Shown here: positions 10,030 through 17,857 of the stretch, piece by piece
How positions within the stretch are numbered: the first letter of the stretch is position 1
How the letters are laid out: every line of letters begins with the position of its first letter
DNA from: Octopus sinensis
Taxonomy: Eukaryota
Length of the DNA stretch: 19,132 bases
Reading direction: 5' to 3'
Assembly (NCBI RefSeq): GCF_006345805.1
Contig: NW_021824385.1
Span: forward strand, 1-19,132
Program-made: the position numbers and the translations under genes
The notes under the pieces: model-generated
The model's database searches: none
Told to the model about the DNA's origin: nothing
The model's input: the letters and a program-made list of their open reading frames with translations, nothing else

Positions 10030-10073
<44 letters not shown>

Positions 10074-10113
10074 TTACTACTACTACTACTACTACTATTA
10101 CTACTACTACTAC
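10013..10113. repeat. (CTA)n microsatellite
   Basis: Near-perfect run with two ATT interruptions. Confidence 0.95.
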
Positions 10114-10603
10114 TGGCTCTCATGGCTTCTCATCTCAACTGATCGGAAGTGTTATCATGTATATTGTTCTGTCATGGTATAAAAGTTGGGCTACAGCAAA
10201 TATTCTGCTCAATACCACAGGTTTGCCTGTCAGTTGTTTGACCTTAACCGGTTGAGCATGTCCCTTAGTGGCTGACGATATGTGCATCTCTGATGACAAG
10301 CAGAAGTAGTGGGGGAGCATCATAGCCATGTGTTGAGAGGGATTCTTTGGAATTTGAATAATTCACCTCTAGAAACATGGGTGTTTCGTTCAACATCCTT
10401 AAACAACCCTTATTCAGGAAACTTTTGAACGGGATGAGCTACTCGACCAGAAGAAAATTCTAACTGGGCTCCACCTGCAAGGTTATGCGCTGTTTATCTT
10501 GATATGAGATCACCTTGTCTCACACATATGCTTGTGATGCATGTGCCTGGTGTACCCTTATCAGATGGGTAGTCGTGATGTTTATACTGGGCTTCGTATA
10601 TTT
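10114..10603 (-). mobile_element. Unclassified ~490-bp interspersed-repeat-like segment
   Basis: Complex non-coding block between a (CTA)n run and a SINE head. I recall it as an abundant octopus repeat. Class and orientation are inferred. Confidence 0.45.
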
Positions 10604-10609
10604 GTATCC

Positions 10610-10711
10610 AGGATAAAAGGCAAAGTCGACCTTGGCGGAATTTGAACTCACAACGTAGCGACAGACGAAATACCACTAAGAATTTCGCCCCGTGTGCTAC
10701 CGATTCTGCCA
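10610..10711 (-). mobile_element. SINE group 1, head and partial core only
   Basis: Minus strand: TGGCAGAATCGGTAGCAC...GAGTTCAAATTCCGCCAAGGTCGACTTTGCCTTTTATCCT, then an abrupt switch of sequence. Confidence 0.88.
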
Positions 10712-10719
10712 CTAATATT

Positions 10720-11036
10720 AATAACAACAATGCCTCACATACGACTATCATCGTCCCACAGCACTACCAGACCACAAAACTACCACGAGTACTACAACCA
10801 GTTTACCATCACCTAACTCGCACCACCACAATACACTAGGCCACCGACTTTACCTCCATAGTGGCGCTACTGTCTCCACTATAACCAAAACAATAAAAAC
10901 GACACCACACTTTTGCTACTACCACTACCACCACCACCACTGCTACTACTACTACTACTACTACTACTGGTTCTCATGGCTTCTCATCTCAACTACCACT
11001 ACCACCAGCACCACCAGCACCACCAGCACCACCACG

Positions 11037-11070
<34 letters not shown>

Positions 11071-11525
11071 ACTACTACTACTACTACTGCTATAAACGCG
11101 CCGCACCATCGCTAATACGTCACTACAACTACTACTGCTACCACGACAACCACCACAACTATCATGATACCACACAATCACAACACACTTACTAGTACTA
11201 CCACCGTGGCTGCAACACTGCTACTGACACGACAGCCACGGCTTACTACCTCCAGAACCACTACCACTACAATGGCTCCATACCACTGTTACCTGTGCTA
11301 CCGCTATTTCACCATCACCGCTGCTACCACCACCACCACCACCACCACAACTACAACTACTACGACAACCCCCCTCGCCATCACACCGCTTCTGCTATTG
11401 CCATTACACCACCATCAACACCGCCCCCCCACCGCCATGGAGAACACACTACCGCACCTCACCGCTAAGCCACCGCCACCACCACCACCACCACCACCAC
11501 CACCACCACCGCCACCACCACCACT
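10720..11525. repeat. (ACC)/(ACT)-rich low-complexity tract
   Basis: C/A-rich triplet mosaic that ends in (ACC)n. Confidence 0.85.
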
Positions 11526-11744
11526 GCAATGTCGCCAGTTGAGTGTGACCAGAGTCCAAGATGTCAGAGACTTAATTTAATAAACACAGCAGCAGCACTT
11601 ACAGTAATTACTGGGTGGGGGATGGTGGGGGGGCAGGAGATGCGGTGGCGGTGGTGGCGGCGGTGGTAGTGGTGGTGATGTCGGTAATGGTCGTTATGGT
11701 GATAGCGATGGTGGTCCTCGTGGTGGTTGTAACGGCAGTGGCAG

Positions 11745-11929
11745 TGGTGGCGATGGTAGAGGCGACGGCGGTGATGGTGGTGGCGATGGTAGAGGCGACG
11801 GCGGTGATGGTGGTGGCGATGGTAGAGGCGACGGCGGTGATGGTGGTGGCGATGGTAGAGGCGACGGCGGTGATGGTGGTGGCGATGGTAGAGGCGACGG
11901 CGGTGATGGTGGTGGCGATGGTAGAGGCG
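11745..11929. repeat. 33-bp minisatellite, 5 perfect copies plus a partial, inside a (GGT)-rich tract (11612-12600)
   Basis: GATGGTAGAGGCGACGGCGGTGATGGTGGTGGC starts at 11752, 11785, 11818, 11851 and 11884, with a partial copy at 11917. Confidence 0.97.
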
Positions 11930-12596
11930 GCGGCACTTGTGGTGGTGGTGGTAGGGGTGTTGGAAGCGGTGGTGGTGATCGTGGTGGTTGTAACGGCAGT
12001 GGCGGCGGTGGTGGTGTGGCTGAGAGCGGCAGTGGTGGTGCTGGTGATGATAGAGGCGGCGGCACTTGTGGTGGTGGTGGTAGAGGTGTCGGAAGCGGTG
12101 GTAGTGGTGATGGTAGCGGTGCCGGCGGGCGGTGGTTGTGATGTCAGAGGCGGTGGCGGCGGCGACGGTGCTGGTGATGGCGGAGGCGGCGGTGTCAGTG
12201 GTGGTGGTGAACGTAGAAGCGGTAGTGGCAGTGGTGGTGATGGTAGAGGCGACGGGGGCGGTGGTGATGGCAGGGCCGCCGCAGTGATGCTGATGGTAGA
12301 GGCGACGGCGTCGACGGCACTGATGGAGGTGTTGGCACTGGTGTGTAGTGGTGGAGTGTGGTGGTGTTAGTAGCAGTGATGTATAACAATGTTGTTGTTG
12401 CTGTCGGTGGCGGTGGTGGTGCTAGTGGTCGTCATGTTTGGCGGCGGCGTTGGTGCGTCGTTATTATGGCGGCAGTGTTGTATATTCGTGAGGATTGCGC
12501 AGCATGGTCGGGTTTAAGATGGTGGCGTGTGGCGATGGTTTTAGTATTGCTTTGCGGTGGTGGTGGTCTTTCATTGTGGTAGTGGTGGTAGTAGTG

Positions 12597-13250
12597 ATCT
12601 TGCGTTGCGATGGTGATGGTAGAAGTGGTCCTGCGTTGCGGAGTCGGTGGTGATGGCCTTTTGTTGCGGAGCTGGTGGTAGTGGTCTCACGTTGCAGAGC
12701 TGGTGGTAATCATCTAGCGTTGCAGTGGTGGTGGTGGTAGTTGTAGTAGTAGTAGTGGTAGTGGTCTTGCATTGCGGTGGTGGTGGCCTCGCGTTGCAGA
12801 GCTGTTGGTAATCATCTCACGTTGCAATGGTGGTGGAAGTAGTAGTAGTAGTAGTAGTAGTATAGTAGTAGTAGTAGTAGTATAGTAGTAGTTGTTGTAG
12901 TGGTGGTGGTCTTGCATTGCGGTGGTGGTGGCCTCGCGTTGCAGAACTGGTGGTAGTAAAGTTCCGTTGCAGAGCTGCTGGTAGGCGTCTCGTGTTGCAG
13001 GGGTGGTGGTAATAGTGGTAGTGGTCTCGCGTTGCGGAGCTGGTGTTGGTGGCATCGCGTTGCGGAGCTGGTGTTGGTGGCAACGCGTTGCGGAACTGGT
13101 GGTGGTTATAGTGGCTTCACGTTGCAGGACTGGTGGTGGTAATGGTGGTCTCATGTTGCGAAACTGGTGGTGGTAGTAGTGGTCTCGCGTTGCAGAGTTG
13201 GTGGTAGCCGGCTTGTCTTGCAGTAGTGGTATTAGTCTTGCGTTGCGGTG
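12597..13250. repeat. Minisatellite with a conserved GTCTCGCGTTGC(A/G)GAGCT core and variable (GGT/AGT)n linkers
   Basis: About 20 recurrences of the YGTTGC core. A duplicated sub-block GGTCTTGCATTGCGGTGGTGGTGGCCTCGCGTTGCAGA occurs at 12763 and 12908. Confidence 0.85.
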
Positions 13251-13410
13251 GCGATGCATAGATGTCGGAGTAATATGGTGGGGAAACGTATGGTGGTATG
13301 AGTGGTAGTATGGTGGTAGTGGTAGTAATCTGTTAATAGTGGAGCTGTGAATTTTTGGTACGAAATATTACCTCCCCCACCACCACACGTCATTTGAAGC
13401 ATCATTTTGT

Positions 13411-13512
13411 GTACCAGTTTCGCACTGGGGTCGATATAATCGACTTAATCCGTTTGCCTGTCCTTGTTTGTCCCCTCTGTGTTTAGCCCCTTGTGGGTAG
13501 TAAAGAAATAGG
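13411..13512 (+). mobile_element. SINE group 1, 5'-truncated
   Basis: GTACCAGTTTCGCACTGGGGTCGATATAATCGACTTAATCCGTTTG...CCTTGTGGGTAGTAAAGAAATAGG, matching about 376-463. Confidence 0.92.
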
Positions 13513-13541
13513 TGATAGGGACAAATATAATCACACGCACG

Positions 13542-13599
<58 letters not shown>

Positions 13600-13715
13600 A
13601 TTGGAATTAATTCCAGCTAATAATTAACTTCAGGGCGTTTGTTTCTTTCAACAAGTGAAAAGTAAATTTCAAGCAAACAGGTATTATATTTTAGCTCCGG
13701 AATTCTGGTGAAAAT

Positions 13716-13761
13716 CCGTTAAGATATTTCGTCCCAAATTTTGGCCTCATCAGTTATCCGG
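13716..13761 (-). ncRNA. Minimal type I hammerhead-ribozyme-like motif (decayed)
   Basis: Minus strand CCGGATAA-CTGATGA-GGCCAAAATTTGGGAC-GAAA-TATC-TTAACGG. It has an intact core, a G-C closed helix II with mismatches, a palindromic AUAU helix III, an AUC cleavage triplet and helix I CCG..TAA/TTA..CGG. Manual fold. Confidence 0.5.
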
Positions 13762-13993
13762 TCTTGCTTATTGCAAGGATAGCCTTGGGCCGTTCTCTTT
13801 TGTCTGTTCCGTCGGCCATTGTACGGGTGTACTCAGAGACCTCGCACAGTTGTTGTATGTAGGGTCGATGTCTCACAGCATTTGTGTACCCAAGCTTCGG
13901 TTCCCAGAAAAGGAGGTCGCTGATGGTCTTATCTTTCGCTCTCCAGTAATACCCAGCGAATCTTGTTCTTCTTTGGCCTACTTGGACATTATG
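13754..13993 (-). pseudogene. C-terminal fragment of an RTE-clade LINE reverse-transcriptase ORF
   Basis: Stop-free 80 codons absent from the ORF track: HNVQVGQRRTRFAGYYWRAKDKTISDLLFWEPKLGYTNAVRHRPYIQQLCEVSEYTRTMADGTDKRERPKAILAISKTG*. It matches the RTE-type C-terminal pattern RRLRFAGHCWR..SDLLLWEP.HG..GRP..YI.QL recalled from known families. Confidence 0.8.
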
Positions 13994-14114
13994 TAAGAAT
14001 ACAATAGTCTACAGTCATTACAATACCTGTGAGTTCACACACACACACACAAGTATATGCATATATATATATATATATATATATAAGCGAGAAAGAAGCA
14101 ACAAGAATGGATAG

Positions 14115-14210
14115 GTTTTTAGTACGATCGTTTCATACAAGGACAGGTTTTTATTAAAAGTTGCAAAGATTACAGCATAATAACGAGTCCCGTACTCATC
14201 AGCTAAAATA
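14115..14210 (-). ncRNA. Type I hammerhead ribozyme motif (left arm)
   Basis: CTGATGA at 14202-14196, helix II GTACGGGAC/GTCCTTGTAT, GAAA at 14134-14131, palindrome ACGATCGT, GUA triplet at 14125-14123, helix I GT(A)TTTTAG/CTAAAAAC. Manual fold. Confidence 0.7.
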
Positions 14211-14326
14211 CATGTAAGTTCTCTAGACATCCTAGTGTTTGAGGCTATACTCATGAAGTAATGTAGATAATTAAACAGATTTCTAAATTCATTAAAGTTC
14301 TTTAAAGATGAGTAAGAGAACTTAAT

Positions 14327-14420
14327 GTATTTAGCTGATGAGTACGGGACTCGTTATATGCTGTAATCTTTTCAACTTTTAATAAAACCTGTCCTTGTAT
14401 GAAACGATCGTACTAAAAAC
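14327..14420 (+). ncRNA. Type I hammerhead ribozyme motif (right arm)
   Basis: Helix I GTATTTAG (14327-14334)/CTAAAAAC (14413-14420), CTGATGA at 14335-14341, helix II 14342-14350/14391-14400, GAAA at 14401-14404, helix III AC-GATC-GT, predicted cut after A14412. Manual fold. Confidence 0.7.
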
Positions 14421-14690
14421 CTATCCATTCTGTGTGCTCTTTCTCGCTTATAATCACCCACATTACTGTATTGTTTAAATCAGTATAGTTTTTTTTGGTG
14501 CATCTACTTTAGTACCATCTTCAGTAAATTTTTTTAAATTAACTTGAATCTTTATTGCTCTTTGGTATATATATTATATATTATATTATATATATATATA
14601 ATATGTATATATATATATATGTGTGTGTGTGTTGTGTGTGTGTGTATATGTGTGTGTTGTGTGTGTGTGTTGTGTGTGTGTGTGTATATA

Positions 14691-14722
14691 CTAGCAGCTA
14701 AACCCGGTTTCACCCGGTCTGT
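14691..14722 (-). mobile_element. Probable Helitron 3' terminus (element extends rightwards; extent unknown)
   Basis: The minus strand reads CAGACCGGGTGAAACCGGGTTTAGCTGCTAG|T: a CCGG-GTGAAA-CCGG hairpin about 10 nt before CTAG, followed by T. This is the canonical Helitron 3' signature. Confidence 0.6.
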
Positions 14723-15158
14723 TTGGATGATGTGGCTGTGATTGTTTTCTGTTAGGCATAATCTATAACAGCGTTTGTGAACCTTATCATTTCGGGTCCC
14801 CTGTTTCGATTGGAGCCTCCAGCTATATGAAAATTTCCTGATCCCACCCCGTCAGAAAACAGCTTCTGAGCAACTGGTTGTTTTAATGGCAGAAGAAAAT
14901 GGGAAACTCCATTTTCTCGGTAAGTATGGAGGTTAGAAAAAAATACAAAGTGCATTCCAATTTATACACCCGTCTCCACATGTGTGCCATTTTTCACGCG
15001 AATCCACCCAGCCGTTTGGCTGTGAACCTCAAGACAAGAAAGAATACAACGATCGCCCATGTCCAATTTACACTATAGATATATTGTCGTATTTGGGGAT
15101 GGTCATGTTGGTATTTCCCCTTCCATTCAACCTCTTCCTTCTGGTCACTTCTGCATGT

Positions 15159-15350
15159 GAAGCCGTTAATCTAGACACATTTTGCCCCTCTCTCTGTTTT
15201 ATTTTCTCTTTCTTTTTTGTTTCCCTGTTCCTTTCTGTCGAAAGAGCGTAGGCTCGAAACGTTAAAGCACTCTACTTTCCCTGAAGGTCAAATTAGTACC
15301 GTTGTTGTTCCTCACCTGTTTCTGCCTTTTGTGTATTGCATATTTGAACC
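15159..15350 (+). mobile_element. Penelope-like element pLTR/3' tail fragment
   Basis: Homologous to 15915-16102. Contains the hammerhead-like CTTT-CTGTCGA-AA-GAGC(GTAG)GCTC-GAAACGTT-AAAG at 15231-15267, followed by a T-rich tail. Confidence 0.6.
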
Positions 15351-15354
15351 ATAA

Positions 15355-15598
15355 CACGTGATCACATGACCGACCAGACTATCCCGTGATCGATCAGACG
15401 CTTTGCATCGTTTTAGGCATCGAATGACGTCACCGCGCTGGCTAGCAATCCTCCCTCCCGTGATCGAAAGCGGGGACCGGATCAATGTGAGATGAAGTGA
15501 TTTGCTCACGATCACAATGCAATGCCCAGTCAAGGAATCGAACCCTCGATTTATCGATCGTGAGTTCAATAACCTAACCAATAGGCCACGTACCTTCA
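15355..15598 (-). mobile_element. tRNA-derived SINE, group 3, internally deleted
   Basis: Minus strand: TGAAGGTACGTGGCCTATTGGTTAGG (A-box), GGTTCGATTCC (B-box), and a tail CTAGCCAGCG..GGTCGGTCATGTGATCACGTG shared with 17858-18169. Confidence 0.85.
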
Positions 15599-15641
15599 CA
15601 CACACAACACACAATACACACACATAATGTAGAAATTGTGT

Positions 15642-15790
15642 AGGAGTGGCTGTATGGTAAGTAACTTGCTTACCAACCACATGGTTCCGGGTTCAGTCCC
15701 ACTGCGTGGAATCTTGGGCAAGTGTCTTCTGCTATAGCCTCGGACCGACCAAAGCTTTGTGAGTGGATTTGGTAGACGGAAACTGAAAGA
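15642..15790 (+). mobile_element. tRNA-derived SINE, group 2, 5' half
   Basis: AGGAGTGGCTGTATGGTAAG (A-box), GGTTCAGTCCC (B-box), TTGGGCAAGTGTCTT..GGATTTGGTAGACGGAAACTGAAAGAA. Confidence 0.9.
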
Positions 15791-15870
15791 ATTTTACCAA
15801 GTAGTGTTCAGTATGTAAGAAGACCATTTAAGGTATATTTAAAACATTACGTTATATAATTAGGGTTCAG

Positions 15871-15901
<31 letters not shown>

Positions 15902-15914
15902 GAATATTTATGTT

Positions 15915-16102
15915 GAACCGTTAATCTCAGCACATTTCTTTCTCTCTCCGTTTTTTTTCTCATCTTAGTCCCTTCTGTTGAAGAGCGTTGGCTCGAAACG
16001 TCAAAGACTCTTCCCTTTTTTTCACGAGTGTTGAATTAACATACCTGCTTGTTGTTCCTTCTTTCACCTGTCTTCATCTTTTGTTTTCTGCAAATTTGAA
16101 CT
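15915..16102 (+). mobile_element. Penelope-like element pLTR/3' tail fragment
   Basis: Second copy of 15159-15350. Contains GTCCCTT-CTGTTGA-A-GAGC(GTTG)GCTC-GAAACGTC-AAAGAC at 15968-16008 and ends in TTTGAACTATATAT. Confidence 0.6.
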
Positions 16103-16661
16103 ATATATATAAATACACCCAGCTTGTGTCTTGTCAACATTTTTGAACAGCTGATTCTAATGAGGGTGAAATCCTAGCGTAACCTAATCGACAATTTCTA
16201 GCACAACGAAGACGTTTAGAAACATTCTTATACCTCTTTCCTATTACTGAACATTAAAAAGACTTCCTCTTGGTAAAATATTAAGTACAGAGTGCGACAT
16301 ATACATTCATACACACACATACACACACACATACACATATTGTACGGGCTTGCATACACATTCCGTTCCTCAAATTCAGTCTTAAAGCATTGATCATCCT
16401 GGGGGTTAAAGTGGAAGACACATCCCCCAAAGTGTCATCCAGTGGGACCGAGCGCAAAACTTACCAGATTCCAAAGCTAACTTCATAGATGAGTGTCCTA
16501 GCGATGGTGTGCCTGGCTGTCATTGACTCAAATTTCAGCGCGAGTCTTGTTGACAGCCATTGTTTTAACCTCTAGGAAAAGATCATTTATCACTGAAGAT
16601 CATACTCGTTAATGTGATCAAAGCCTCTATGCAACAATGTATGTATGTATGTATGTATGTA

Positions 16662-16870
16662 TCTTTTTACTTGTTTTAGTCATTTGACTGCGGCCATGCT
16701 GGAGCACCGCCTTTAGTCGAGCAAATCGACCCCGGGACTTATTTTTTGTAAGCCCAGTACTTATTCTATCGCTCTCTTTGGTCGAACCGCTAAATGACGG
16801 GGACGTAAACACACTAGCATCGGTTGTCAAGCAATGCTAGAGGGACAAACACAGACACAGACATATACGC

Positions 16871-16904
<34 letters not shown>

Positions 16905-17043
16905 CGACAGGCTTCTTTCAGTTTCCGTCGACCAAATCCACTTGAGGCTATAGTAGAAGACACTTGCCCAAGATATCATGCAGTGGGATTGAACCCGTAA
17001 CCATGTGGTTGGTTAGCAAGCTACTTACCGCACAGCCACTCCT
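16662..17043 (-). mobile_element. SINE group 2, full length
   Basis: Minus strand: AGGAGTGGCTGTGCGGTAAG head, GGTTCAATCCC B-box, internal (TA)n, tail GGCGGTGCTCCAGCATGGCCGCAGTCAAATGACTAAAACAAGTAAAAAGA. Confidence 0.92.
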
Positions 17044-17054
17044 GTATGTATGTA

Positions 17055-17262
17055 TCTTTTACACATTTCAATCATGTAGACTGCAGCCATGCTGGAGTAC
17101 CGCCAAGAAGAATTTTTGTTATCGAACCAATCAACACAAGAACGTTGTATGCCGAGTACTCATTCTATCGTTCTTTTATGCCGAACCGCCAGGATACGGG
17201 GATGTATATAAACCTACACCGATAAATGAGGCGCTGGTGAAGGACAAATACAGACACAACGA
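17055..17262 (-). mobile_element. SINE group 2, diverged 3' half
   Basis: GACTGCAGCCATGCTGGAGTACCGCC..GCCGAACCGCCAGGATACGGGGATGT aligns with about 16662-16860. Confidence 0.8.
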
Positions 17263-17295
17263 TGATAGTACACCCCTGCATACATATCTATATTT

Positions 17296-17654
17296 AGGTC
17301 TGGCCGTGTGGCCAGAAGCTTGCTTCCCAACTATATAGTTCCGGGTTCAGTCCCACTGCGTAGTACCTTGGGCAAGTGTCTTAGCCACGGGCCGACCAAA
17401 GCCTTGTGAGTGGATTTGGTCGACGGAAACTGAAAGAAACCCGTCGTGTATATATATATGTGTGGTTTTGTGTCTGTGTTTGCCCCCCCGCCACCATCGT
17501 TTGACGACCGATGTTGGCGTGTTTACGTCCCCATAACTTAGCGGTACAGCAAAAAAGACCGATAGAAAGAATATATCCTGGGGACAATTTCTTCGATTAA
17601 AACCTTTTAAGGTGATGCTCCAGCACTGCTGCAGTATACTGAAACAAGTAAAAG

Positions 17655-17656
<2 letters not shown>
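17296..17656 (+). mobile_element. SINE group 2, full length
   Basis: TGGCCGTGTGG A-box, GGTTCAGTCCC B-box, CCTTGTGAGTGGATTTGGTCGACGGAAACTGAAAGAA core, TGCTCCAGCA..GAAACAAGTAAAAGAG tail. Confidence 0.9.
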
Positions 17657-17692
<36 letters not shown>

Positions 17693-17695
17693 CGC

Positions 17696-17800
17696 GGGAC
17701 GGGCTTCTTTCAGTTTCCGTCCACCAAATCCACTTTAATCGGCTCGATACTATACGAAACACTCTAGATCAAGGTGCCACCTAATGGAATTGATCCCGGA
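17696..17800 (-). mobile_element. SINE group 2, diverged 5'/core fragment
   Basis: GACGGGCTTCTTTCAGTTTCCGTCCACCAAATCCACT..CAAGGTGCCAC matches about 16905-16985. Confidence 0.75.
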
Positions 17801-17857
17801 TATACGCCTGTATGTATGCATGTATATATGTATATATGTATGTATGTATGTATGTGT

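Larger units (their letters stand above)
14082..14452. mobile_element. Foldback element with ~140-bp inverted arms and a 90-bp spacer, TA at both ends
   Basis: The left arm 14082-14224 is the reverse complement of the right arm 14315-14452, apart from a few small indels and substitutions. Ends are TA-TAAGCGAGAAAG...CTTTCTCGCTTA-TA. Confidence 0.95.

Noticed and set aside
12597-13250. CRISPR-like repeat-spacer appearance
   Set aside because: The linkers are low-complexity GGT/AGT runs of irregular length, the repeats are degenerate, the context is eukaryotic and there are no cas genes.
16593-16628. CTGAAGA-TCATA..TGTGA-TCAAAG
   Set aside because: It has a 5-bp stem but lacks GAAA and NUH. 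Possibly a decayed Penelope tail, but unsupported.
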